NCBI GenBank assembly: GCA_964016885.1
Contig: OZ024744.1
Location: forward strand, 111,848,001-111,912,000
DNA from: Eledone cirrhosa
Taxonomy: Eukaryota
Length of the DNA: 64,000 bases
Reading direction: 5' to 3'
Shown here: one piece after another, positions 26,577 through 38,862 of the stretch
How the letters are laid out: each line of letters starts with the position of its first letter
Position numbering within the stretch: position 1 is the first letter of the stretch
The notes under the pieces: generated by a model
The model's input: only the letters and a program-made list of their open reading frames with translations
Databases searched by the model: none
Told to the model about the DNA's origin: nothing
Program-made: the position numbers and the translations under genes

Positions 26577-27875
26577 TATATATATATATATGTGTTGTAT
26601 ATATATCTGCATTATGCTAAAATATTTTCGAAATAAGAGAACAGAAACATAATCTTAACGAAAAGACAATTAAACATGAGATTTGGTCTACAAACTAGGG
26701 TTTATGTATCCTCAAACATTAATAGGAAGTGTAGAGGCCCTTACTTTGGATGACTTTGGCACATCTGTGTCCATATGAAGTCACCATTGTACACTTTTGG
26801 AGTGATATTCCACTCTTCCTCCAGTTTCTTCCATAATTCAGTGGTTGTAGCAGGTTCTTTTCACCATGACAACCCCAATGATCTCCCAAAGATTCTCGAT
26901 TGGATTTAAGTCAGGATTCTGGGCTGGCCATTTGGATTTAAGTTAGGACTCTAGGCTGGCCGTTTCAAAACTTCTATTTCCTCATCTTTGAGAAATGTTT
27001 TCCCTCATTTTGCAGTGTGGCACATTATCTTGTATAAAAATGGTTGGTTGATTGGGAGAAGCCCTTAAATAGGGAATGGCATGTTGCTGAAGCAGGTTCT
27101 GGTACACATTAGCATTAACAGTACTATTTAAGCATATGAGAGGCCTCACTCTGGCTGTTGAGAACATTCCCTAAACCATGACACTGCCTTTTTGACACAC
27201 GTAGAAAGGGGTCTTTCCCCAGTTTTACGTCTTTCATATTGGTTACCATCTAAACCAACTAAATTAAACTTGCTTTCATCACTAAAATGAACTTTGGACC
27301 AGTTTTTTTAACTCCACACAACATGCTTCACAGTAAAGGCAAGTCTAGCAATTTTATTTTTATTGCTGATAAGAGGTTTGATCGATGGGGAGTGGGCTTT
27401 CAATCCAACTTCTGCCAGACGATGCGAGACTGTACACTGAGACACTTCCTTGCCCAAATTAGCGCTGATTTGTTGAGATATTCCAGCTGCAGTGTCAAAG
27501 TGGTTCCCCATAGACATTCTATGGATCATGCAGTCGAATCGTTACCTTGTTTTACATGACCGGCCTTCTTTGTAGACGTGAATGAGTTGGTTTCATTATG
27601 CAATTTTAATATCCTCACTATTGAGCTTTTAGAACAGCTAACTTCCCTTCGAATGGCAGAGGGACAGAGAGAGAGAGTCTGTCACTCTTCATCTAAATGA
27701 CTTTACGTCAGAGGGCTTCAGTTACCTTGGAATGGGTCAACATTTTGCAAGAGTTGATAGGAAACTGGAATATACTGGTAATATGACCCGGTTGACAAGT
27801 GCTGCCAGATAATTCTAGTAAATCCATGAACTTACTCTAAAATACCACTAGAGAGTTCTCTTATTTTGATCCCTG
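26384..27875 (-). mobile_element. Degenerate Tc1-family DNA transposon
   Basis: TA-flanked TIRs cag..atcaaaataagagaa / ttctcttattttgatccctg; reverse-strand motifs FSDESKFNL, FIQDN, WPAQNPDLNPIENLW. Confidence 0.9.
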
Positions 27876-27939
27876 TATTAAATTAGAGGTATATCATTAA
27901 TATCTTGTGTATACCCTTGATTATTTCGAAAATATTTTA

Positions 27940-28005
27940 GCACAACACAGATATATATAACACATATATAAACAACACAGATATATATATATATATAAAC
28001 AACAC

Positions 28006-28050
<45 letters not shown>

Positions 28051-28312
28051 ACACATATATATATATTTAACACAGATATATATATACAACAAAGATATAT
28101 ATATATAACAGATATATATATATACAACCCGCCAGACAGTCTTATGCGAGCAAGACAACCACTCTTGCCTCAAGTGGGAAAACCCCCGTCCAAACCCATG
28201 CAAGCGTGGAACACGGACGCTAAACCTGATGATGATGATGATGATGAACACAGATATATATACAATACAGATATATATATATACAACACAGATATATATA
28301 TATATACAACAC

Positions 28313-28365
<53 letters not shown>

Positions 28366-28546
28366 ACACACATATATATATATATAACACAGATATATAT
28401 ATATATATACAACAAAGATATATATATATATAACAGATATATATATATACCAGATATATATATATACAACACAGATATATATACAACACAGATATATATA
28501 CAACACAGATATATATATATACAACACAGATATATATATATATACA

Positions 28547-28611
<65 letters not shown>

Positions 28612-28613
28612 CA

Positions 28614-28672
<59 letters not shown>

Positions 28673-28715
28673 AGACAGATATATATATATATATATACAA
28701 CAATATATATATAGA
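27940..28715. repeat. CAACACAGAT(AT)n compound microsatellite with an RTE tail insert (28127-28246)
   Basis: Direct inspection. Confidence 0.9.
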
Positions 28716-28719
28716 ACAC

Positions 28720-29237
28720 AATAAGACTCTCCTACTCCACCACACCTAACCTAGCTAGGAATATAGCCAACCACCTCCGAACCCAATCCCCGGACTGAGG
28801 CTTTGGGGAATTCCCTAAATAAGGAAGCCTGCCCACTTGAAAACAAATGCCTCACAAATGATATCGTATACGAATGTGATGTCATCTCGGGCACCAATGA
28901 TTGCAATAACAAAAAGACTTACATCGGTATGACTTCCAATACTTTTAAGACCCGTTGGTATGCCCATATCCACTCCTTCAGAAGGACACTCGCCTCCTAT
29001 GTTTGGGACCTCAAAAAGAACTCCACCCCCTTCACGCTTAAATGGAAAATACTCTAGAAAGCGCACTCTTACAACGGAGGACACAAGGGCTGCGACCTTT
29101 GTATCTCGGAGACCTACAAAATTTTATTCGCCAAGGGCCCGCTACTGAACAAACTCTCTGAACACTGCCCGAACTGCATGCACAAGAACTTTGCAACTTT
29201 CAAATACCTTAAGCCAGTGTTAATACCCGATGGCTAA
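28720..29237 (+). mobile_element. Penelope-like element C-terminal GIY-YIG fragment (Naiad-like)
   Basis: [60 protein letters not shown]; one TAG at 29055. Confidence 0.85.
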
Positions 29238-29413
29238 AAACGACCTCCTCCTTCTAGCCCCTCTACATCCTTCCCACCCTACCCCCACCCCTCCTCAACC
29301 TGAAATACAGCTACTCTGGTTATGTCAGTACCTCCTGCCTATTTGCATTTTCTGCCTGTAGAGCTGTTTTTATGTGCCTGTGTATATGCGTATATTTATT
29401 GAGTACTTATTTG

Positions 29414-29460
<47 letters not shown>

Positions 29461-29475
29461 ATATATATATATAGA

Positions 29476-29886
29476 TACATGCACACATATATATATGCAC
29501 GTATGGATTCACCGAACATTTATTATAATGCTCGGTGTGTTTGTAAACAAACATCCCGTATTAAGCCGTAGTGTCTAGCAACCACCGTTGCTCGTTCGGT
29601 GCACCCGGCCGATTAACCCACTCGATATGCAAATTGGGCTACTCAGCCGTTAATATGCATAAGGTAAGTATATACGTTCAACAATCTGGCAGGAAGGTAT
29701 ACGTTGCTGACGATAGCTAACAAGCTTGAAACTAGTACAGCGTTCCTTTGTCAGTGTTGAACAAACAAGCAACGGTGGTTGCTAGACACTACGGCTTAAT
29801 ACGGGATGTTTGTTTACAAACACACCGATCATTATAATAAATGTTCGGTGAATCCATACGTACATATATATATGTGTGTACATGTA
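29476..29886. repeat. Inverted repeat (~117-bp arms) around a hammerhead-containing spacer
   Basis: Arms 29476-29592 and 29768-29886. Confidence 0.9.
29701..29743 (+). ncRNA. Minimal type I hammerhead ribozyme
   Basis: acgttg CTGACGA t agct-aaca-agct t GAAAC ta GTA cagcgt. Confidence 0.85.
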
Positions 29887-30195
29887 TGTATAAATATATA
29901 CATACTACTGTACGTCGGTATACATATATGTATGTACGTGTACATCCTTATATTTAAGTAACAGCCGTACTAAGAGTAGGAAATGAAATATCGTTTCATT
30001 TTTTCCGTTTATATATATATGTATATATATATATATATATGTATATATATGTGTATATATGTGTATGTGTATGTATTTGTATATATATATGTGTATACTT
30101 GTGTGTATGTGTATGTGTGTGTATATGTATATATATATATATGTATATGTATGTGTATGTATGTATGTGTATATATATGTATGTGTGTATGTGTA

Positions 30196-30242
<47 letters not shown>

Positions 30243-30295
30243 ATATATATATATGTGTGTATATATATATATATGTATGTATATATGTATGAGAG

Positions 30296-30697
30296 ATGAC
30301 CCCTTAGCCTTTGTCAAGGCAGAATTCTAGGAGAAGGAAAACTTTAATATAACACCTGCAACCCTGATGGTATCCAATGATGTTGACTTGTTCTTCTTTT
30401 TGGTAAATATCATCTTGGTTAAGAGAGTGGGACTGGCTTTGGGCAGTGCCTTTGCTCACTATAAAAGCTTCACGGCACAGGCATTGCTTTATATCTGGAG
30501 ATCTCTCTGCACTTGTCATCACATGGTACCATGGGCCCAGCACTATGTGTCAATAATTGTCACAAGTGTAGTGTTTGTACCAGAGTTTTCAAGTCGCTGG
30601 CTGGACTAAAAAGTCACACTCGTTCAGCGCATCGGTAGGGGTTCTCCTACATGGATATAAAGTAGTGGCCGTACTCGAAAATGAGTTGGCAGCCACC
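30296..30697 (+). mobile_element. Short RTE-derived element ending in a C2H2 finger coding stretch (second copy 58430-58747)
   Basis: 30567-30638 reads [23 protein letters not shown]; terminal hairpin ggcc..actc-gaaaat-gagt..; two near-identical copies. Confidence 0.65.
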
Positions 30698-30854
30698 ATA
30701 TGTATGAGTATATATATATATATATGTATATGTGTTTATATGTATATGTATGTATGTTTGTATGTGTATATATGTATATATGTATGTTTTTGTGTATGTG
30801 TGTATTTGTGTTTATATATATGTTTATGCATGTGTATGTATGTGTGTATATATA

Positions 30855-30908
<54 letters not shown>

Positions 30909-30913
30909 CACAC

Positions 30914-30946
<33 letters not shown>

Positions 30947-31105
30947 CATACATATACACAAATATATATATACAATCATATATACATATACACAAATATA
31001 TATATACAATCATATATACATATACACACACACACATACACACATATATAAATGTATAAATATATATACATACATATATATATATATACACACACATACA
31101 CATAT

Positions 31106-31149
<44 letters not shown>

Positions 31150-31204
31150 ATGTGTGTATATATATATATGTATATATGTATATGTAGATGTATGTATATA
31201 TGTG

Positions 31205-31266
<62 letters not shown>

Positions 31267-31877
31267 GTTATATTTGGGGAGGGTCATATTTGCGTAATAT
31301 TGCCAGAATTAATAACAGAACACACTCACTGTTTGGTTGGTTTTCGCTTCTCGCTGTCTTTTATATATATATATCTGCGATCTAACTTACTCGGTCCTCA
31401 ATGTTGCCATTGACTGACCGGCGGTCAAAAATAATACAGATACAATATAGACAAACACATATATATATAGTTTACATAAATCTTTCGTTGCACATCTGCA
31501 ACATCGTCAGTGGTGTTATATTCATTGTTCCTCCTGTTGTGTTGTATGTCTACGCCATTTTTTTTGTTGAGACTGAACAAAAAAAATGGCGTAGACATAC
31601 AACACAACAGGAGGAACAATGAATATAACACCACTGACGATGTTGCAGATGTGCAACGAAAGATTTATGTAAACTATATATATATGTGTTTGTCTATATT
31701 GTATCTGTATTATTTTTGACCGCCGGTCAGTCAATGGCAACATTGAGGACCGAGTAAGTTAGATCGCAGATATATATATATAAAAGACAGCGAGAAGCGA
31801 AAACCAACCAAACAGTGAGTGTGTTCTGTTATTAATTCTGGCAATATTACGCAAATATGACCCTCCCCAAATATAAC
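31267..31877. repeat. Palindrome with ~302-bp arms and 7-nt loop, made of Penelope-like pseudo-LTR
   Basis: Arms 31267-31568 and 31576-31877; homologous to 62215-62490; right arm continues to ~31940. Confidence 0.95.
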
Positions 31878-32436
31878 AATATCTGTTTCGACACACGATT
31901 TCATATAAAAAACCTCGCAAAACTAATTCATCGCCGCTATGTATATATATATATATATATATGTATGTGTGGGTGCGCGCGAGTGTGTGAGTGAGTGTGT
32001 TTGTGAATGTGTCTGTTGACTTTTGGAATATAGCTTAAGAGAAACATGAAGATAATGGTATGATAGGCACTCAATATTTTGAACTGGTCTATAGAATTCT
32101 CTAGGCCTTTGTCACTTTAAGTAGAACCTTAAAGAATTAGCTTTTAAAGAATTTTCCCTTTTCTTTAAATCCATCAAGCATGACTGACCCCAACCATCTT
32201 ATAGACACCTGAAATATAGGCATTGATAGCTTAAGAGAAACTTAAACATAAGGAGTGGCACCCCAATTTGAACTTGTTTATAGAATTCTTTCTGCCTTTG
32301 TTACTCTAAATATAAATTATAGCTTTAAAGAATTAGCTTTTAATGAATTCCCTTTTCTATCAACCAATGACCTACACCCATTCCACTCCCTACCCCCTTA
32401 AGAGACCTATAAATACCATTTTATTTTTTGATACCC

Positions 32437-32487
32437 AGATTCCTGATGATTTCTAAAGAATGAAACAGTTCTAGTCCTGCAGAATCT
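32437..32487 (+). ncRNA. Hammerhead with mutated cleavage triplet (GCA)
   Basis: agattc CTGATGA t ttc-taaa-gaa t GAAACAG ttctagtc CTG CA gaatct; same family as 23815-23861. Confidence 0.65.
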
Positions 32488-32774
32488 CATCTATATTAAA
32501 ACTATATACAACACACATATATATACACAACACAGATATATATATATATACAACACAGATATATATATATACAACACAGATATATATATATATATATAAC
32601 ACAGATATATATATATATACAACACAGATATATATATATATATACAACACAGATATATATATATATATACAACACAGATATATATATATATACAACACAT
32701 ATATATATATACAACACAGATATATATATATACAACACAGATATATATACAACACAGATATATATATATATACA

Positions 32775-35700
32775 TGTTGTATTCAAGACACCAGGTGGAG
32801 GGGTGGGTCTGCTAGATTCATTGTGGGTAAAGAACGATGCTATAAGCTCTTCTGGGTGGGAGATGACAATGGGCTGAGTGGAGTAGGATTCATGGTAGCA
32901 GAAAAGTGGGCAGATAAGATAATAGACGTAAATAGAGTGAACGACAGAATAATTAAAATAAGACTTGTCCTCAATAGAACTACGGTGACACTAATATCTG
33001 CGTACGCACCCCAATCCGGACTGCCCGGCACTATAAAAGACAGATTCTATGAGACACTGATGCTCACTACCTCCCAAATAACCGACAGTGACTATATAAT
33101 TATTGCAGGCGACCTAAATGGTCACGTTGGACAACATTGTGACGGCTATGACGGAATCCATGGAGGCTATGGGTTTGGTACTAGAAATGAGGAAGGCTCC
33201 AGAATCCTGGAATTCTGTGACGCAAATAACCTAACTATCTGTAACACTAACTTCAAACAACGAGACAATCACCTGATCACCTATAGATCGGGGGAACACA
33301 CAAGCCAGGTAGATTATATCCTTACCAGAAGACGTGACAGAGTGTCTGTTGTAAACACTAAATCCCTCCCCTATGAAGAATGCACCTCCCAACATAGACT
33401 GATAATTAGCGACCTAATAGTCAGGACGAGACGTACTAGACAGCAGAAGAGGACTATCCTCAGGAGAAAAATATGGAAGCTAAAGGACCCCACAGCCAGA
33501 AATAAATTTAAAAGCATATTACTTGATGCTTTCAACAGTAAGGAAGAGCAATTAGAGTCGTACAATATAGAGGAACAGTGGGAATTCCTGAAAGCAAACC
33601 TGCTGATAGCGGCAGACAAAGTCTGTGGCTGGAGCAGGCCTGTAGGCAGGAGGAGAGTAACATGGTGGTGGAACAGTAAGGTGGAGGGGTCAATTAAGGC
33701 CAAAAAGCAGGCTTGGAAAGTATGGCGGGATGGGGGAAGTAGAGAAGACTATCAAGTGGCCAGGAGGGAAGCTAGGAGACAAGTGTACTTCGCAAGAAGG
33801 GAAGCAGAGGAAAGAAAGTTCAAGCATGTTCTACAACGCGAGGACCAAAAACGTGAGGTGTTCAGGATTACTAGGCAATGTGTCAAGGAAAACCGTGATA
33901 TTGTCGGGGAGAAGTGTGTACTTATTGATGATGGCGTACTTGCCATTACTGACGCTGATAAGAAGGTAGCTTGGAAGTGTCACTACGAAAGGCTACTAAA
34001 TGAGGAGAATAAATGGGAGAAAGACAGTCTCCCCCACATCGCCCCAATAGAGGGACCAGCAGTGTTAGTCGAAGGTAGTATAATAAGTAAGGCAATCAAA
34101 GATATGAAGATGGGTAAGGCGGCTGGGCCTTCGGAAATAGTTGCTGGGATGCTGAAAGCCTCTGGAACGGTGGGACACACCATGGTCACCCGGATAGTAA
34201 ACCAAGTCATACAGAATGGTGTTGTTACGAATGACTGGCGTAGCAGCATCATCATTAACTGTTAGAAGGGTAAAGGAGATGCCCTAGATAGGAGTAACTA
34301 TAGAGGCATTAAATTAATCGACCAGGTCATGAAGGTCACGGAAAAAGTAATTGTGCAAATAATCAGAGAGAGAATTGATCTAGATGAAATGCAGTTCGGG
34401 TTGTGTTGCAAAAGTACCACAGACGCTTTTTTCATTGTACGACAACTACAGGAGAAGTACCTAGCTAAAAGTAAACCCCTATACTTAGCTTTTGTCGACT
34501 TGGAGAAAGCCTTCGACAGAGTCCCCCGTTCCATTATCTGGTGGGCTCTTAGAAAACTAGGTGTTGACGAATGGCTTGTGAGAGCTATACAAGCCATGTA
34601 TAAAGAAACAGTCAGCAAGGTTAGAATTAACAACGAATATAGTGAAGAGTTTAGCGTAAAAGTTGGTGTTCATCAGGGCTCTGTTCTTAGTCCCCTACTA
34701 TTTATTATTGCCCTTCAGGCTATAACAGTGGAGTTCAAGACTGGCTGCCCATGGGAACTCCTATACGCAGATGATCTAACGCTCATAGCTGAATCAATGG
34801 CCGAGCTAGAGAAGAAATTCCAAATATGGAAGCACGGCCTGGAATCAAAAGGCCTTAAAATTAACCTGGCTAAGACTAAAGTTCTAGTTTGTAGGAAAGA
34901 AAATAAGGCGCCGGTCCCTTCCGGGAAATGGCCATGCTCAGTGTGTAGGAAAGGCGTAGGTAGAAACTCCATTTTATGTCCCAAATGCAAAGTATGGGTG
35001 CATAAAAGATGTAGTGGGATCACAGGTAAGCTAACTAAGAACATAGATTTTACATGTGGCCGGTGCTCTGGTGCAATAAGTAGCAGCAAATGCCCACAAA
35101 ATACTAGCTCTTTCAATTGCGCAGAGGGTTCTATAGAAATAGTGGACAGCTTCCGTTACCTGGGTGACAAAATCAGCAGTGGGGGAGGGTGCTCTGAAAG
35201 TACAGTAGCTAGAGTCAGAACTGGATGGAAAAAGTTCAGAGAGCTTATACCACTATTAGCCGCTAAAGGGTTCTCTCTAAAAATGAAAGGCAGGTTGTAT
35301 GATGCCTGCATACGAACAGCAATGTTGCATGGCAGTGAGACCTGGGCATTGTGTGCAGAGGATATACGCAGACTAGAGAGGAACGAAGCTTGCATGCTCC
35401 GTTGGATGGGTAATAGTAATATACGTGAACGGCAAAGCATAAACGAACTAAGGGAAACATTAGAAATAAGAGGGATCAGATGTTGTTTACTCGAGAGAAG
35501 GCTACGTTGGTATGGTCACGTGATGCGCATGAAAGACGACAGCTGTATAAAAAAGTGCAGGATAATAAAGATAGATGGTAGCCACGGAGTAGGCAGACCC
35601 AGAAAAACCTGGGACGACCTGATAAATTCCGACCTCACACACTTACACCTCTCCAAGACAATGTCACTGGACCGAGATCTTTGGCGGTACTTAGTAATAG

Positions 35701-36116
35701 AGAAGACCCGCCTTACCTAAATACAAAGTAAAACCTACTACAGTCAGTAGGCATCTCTAACAAAATACACCCCTGTCCCACCACCCCCACCCCATCCACA
35801 CCGCCCCTTTCAATGTAAAGTTATGTTGGTGCCACAACATCCAGGCCGAAACAAATAAGATCGTGTAGGTGTCACGACAAAAAAACTCACAGTCCACGCT
35901 GTAATGTGGCCGTGTAGGTAACACGGTAAAAACCTCCCAGCCCCACACTGTAAATGTGGTTGGTGTTAGGAAGGACACCCAGCTGTAGAAAACACGCCAG
36001 ACAGTCCTATACGAGCAAGACAACCACTCTTGCCTCAAGTGGAAAAACTCCCGTCCAAACCCATGCAAGCGTGGAACATGGACGTTAAACGATGATGATG
36101 ATGATGATGATGATGA
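32775..36116 (+). mobile_element. Near full-length RTE-clade LINE (APE + RT), one premature stop
   Basis: ORFs 32823-34265 and 34329-35720 are in frame across TAG 34263; ISAYAPQ, AGDLNGH, FVDLEKAFD, VHQGSVLSP, LYADD; (gat)n tail. Confidence 0.96.
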
Positions 36117-36304
36117 TACAACACAGATATATATATATATACAACACAGATATATATATACAACACAGATATATATATATACAACACACACATATATATA
36201 TAACACAGATATATATATATATACAACACAGATATATATATACAACACAGATATATATATATATACAACACAGATATATATATATATATATATATATACA
36301 ACAC

Positions 36305-36335
<31 letters not shown>

Positions 36336-36338
<3 letters not shown>

Positions 36339-36558
36339 GATATTAAATAAATGGAAACTATATTTATAAAACCATATTTATTTCATTATATATATTTCAG
36401 GGATATCATATTAAAAATATGTTATGCCTTCTTCAGACAAAATACAATATATGCCGTCTGAAGAAGGCATAACATATTTTTAATATGATATCCCTGAAAT
36501 ATATATAATGAAATAAATATGGTTTTATAAATATAGTTTCCATTTATTTAATATCGTA
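36336..36558. repeat. Fold-back (~103-bp arms) carrying a hammerhead core in each arm
   Basis: Arms 36336-36438 and 36456-36558. Confidence 0.95.
36455..36510 (+). ncRNA. Type I hammerhead ribozyme
   Basis: cgt CTGAAGA agg...cct GAAA tatata TA atg; stem I short. Confidence 0.7.
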
Positions 36559-36644
36559 AATATACTCCAAATAGTTGTTGAGTGCTTTTATATCAGTTAT
36601 AAATATTTACTCGTTGTAACCCAACAATTTAAATAAAACTTTGC

Positions 36645-36675
<31 letters not shown>

Positions 36676-37065
36676 ATTACACCTCTCCAAGGCGATGACA
36701 CACGACTGTGACCTCTGGCGTCACGCAGCAATACAGAGTACCCGACCTCCCATGGGTACAAGCTGAAGCATATAGACAATATGCCCCCACACCCCCCACT
36801 GTAAGGTGGACGTGGAGGTGCCACGGCAAAACAGCACCCAGTCCACACTGTAAAGTGGACGTGTAGGCGTCACGGAAAAAGCACCCAGCACTCACTGTAA
36901 ATGAGGTTGGTGTTAGGAAGGGCATCCAGCTGTAGAAATCAAGCCAGATCAGTTTCTGTATAAGCAAGGCATGGTCAGCCGACCAGACACTGCCCACAAC
37001 AGGACAACCCGTCTAACCCATGCTAGCGTGGAAGAACGGATGTAAAACGGTGATGATGATGATGA
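36676..37065 (+). mobile_element. RTE LINE 3' end (subfamily B)
   Basis: Matches 56085-56465; (gat)n tail. Confidence 0.85.
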
Positions 37066-37234
37066 TATATATATATATATATATATCTGTCTTGTGTGTA
37101 AATATATATATTTATACAACGCAGGTGAGATTTTCTTTCGAACTGCTGGACTTACAACTTAGCAGATCTTTCTAGCACTGATGGAGATTATCGCTAAATA
37201 TTGATTTAGTTATTAATATTAATATTATTGGGCA

Positions 37235-37357
37235 CACACTGAAGATTTGTAAGTGCCCACTTGCATAAGAATCCATCGATCTTACGCAAGTTCCTACATA
37301 ACTTGGTATAATTTCACCCACTGTGTAGAAATCTTACAATGAAACGATTAGTTTGGG
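37235..37357 (+). ncRNA. Hammerhead with branched stem II
   Basis: caca CTGAAGA t ttgtaag...cttacaa t GAAAC gatta GTT tggg. Confidence 0.6.
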
Positions 37358-37532
37358 AAATGAGATCTTTAATATATCTCAAATACAATAATACAGCCAA
37401 GTATCCACACAATACAATATAGTTAGCACTCCAAACGTTTAATTGGCAATATACTCTGGTATTTCCTAATGTTTGTTGAGTGAGTTGGAATTTGGTCGGA
37501 GTATCGCTAATAGCTTTCTCCGTTTATGTTAT

Positions 37533-38310
37533 TCATCATCATCATCATCATTTTACGTCCGCTTTTCCCTGCTTGCAAGGGTGGGACGGGTCTTATTCAG
37601 CACAGCATCTCTCCACTCGTCACGGTCCTTCGTCATCTCCACCGTGAGCTTCAATGATCTGAGGTCTGTTCTCACCACCTCCGCCCATGTTTTTTGTGGT
37701 CTACCTCTACCACGTCTTCCTTCAACTGGCATTTCCTGGCACTTCTTCACCCATCGGTCACCCTCCATGCGCATCACATGTCCATACCACCTCAGTCTCC
37801 TCTCCCGTACACTACATTCTATCCCTCTCAGACACAGTTTCTCTCTCAACACTGGGTCGTTCACGCACATTTACACTGCACATCCTACGGAGCATGCTTG
37901 CCTCATTTCTCTCCAGCCGTCGCATATCCTCTGCAGTTGCTGCCCATGTCTCACTACCATGCAGCATCGCGCTCCTCACACAGGCATCATACAACCGGCC
38001 TTTCGTACGCAGGGAGAAACCCTTCTTCGTCAACAGAGGAAGCAGCTCCCTAAACTTCTTCCAACCCATCCTTATTCTAGATACTATGGCCTAGGAACAC
38101 CCTCCTCCCATGCTAATCTGATCTCCTAGGTACCGGAAGCTATCCACCACTTCTATAGCGCCCTCTTGCATTTGAAAAATGTGTCTATCAATGCGACTTC
38201 TACTGTCTAATTTCCCTGTACATTTACTGCATACAGATTTCTCCCTACCTGTTAGTTTGCCTGCTATCCCGCTACATCTCTTGTGTACCCAGGATCTGCA
38301 TTGTGTGCAT
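37533..38310 (-). mobile_element. RTE LINE 3' fragment (subfamily C)
   Basis: GWKKFRELLPLL, RRLRWYGHVMRM, GRPQKTW; ORF runs into a (tga)n tail. Confidence 0.9.
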
Positions 38311-38655
38311 TTTCTTATTATATATATATATTTATATACAACACTGATATATATTTATATGCAACACAGATATATATTTATATACAACACAGATATATAT
38401 TTATATACAACACATATATATATATATAATGATTAAAAGTATATATATAATTTTTAACAGTTATATAAGTTTATGTGTTATATATTATTAATTATTTATA
38501 TATCTTTATACACATTCTCATACGCACCCTCTCTATTATATGTAATTTTTCATGTTTCAACTTAAGGTATGTAAATATCGAGTTTTGTCATAACTAATCA
38601 CTGCCATGACTAAATTATAACCATCAACAGAGTCAAGGTATGTCAGGCATCAACT

Positions 38656-38721
38656 TATTTTATCTGATGAGGACGTACTGTTGAAATAGCTCAGTACCTC
38701 TGAAATATGTATAATAAAATA
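38656..38721 (+). ncRNA. Type I hammerhead ribozyme
   Basis: tattttat CTGATGA gga-c-gtactg/cagtac-c-tct GAAA tatgta TA ataaaata; stem I 8 bp. Confidence 0.85.
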
Positions 38722-38862
38722 TATTTGATCACATGAATGTCTATATTTGTTAATATTTTGAAGTAATATATATATATATATGTATATATGACTATCCAGT
38801 GAATATCCAACTGATAAGGTATGATTTTCCTGGGTATGTCTCTATTTATAAAACAAACTTTG

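Noticed and set aside
28720-29400. Selenocysteine recoding as reported for some Naiad elements
   Set aside because: Conserved Cys codons are TGY, the internal stop is TAG, and no SECIS-like stem was seen.
27921-31413. YI/CV/HT/RE-rich ORFs here and at 14028, 18909, 19449, 47591, 50111, 60113
   Set aside because: Translations of microsatellites.
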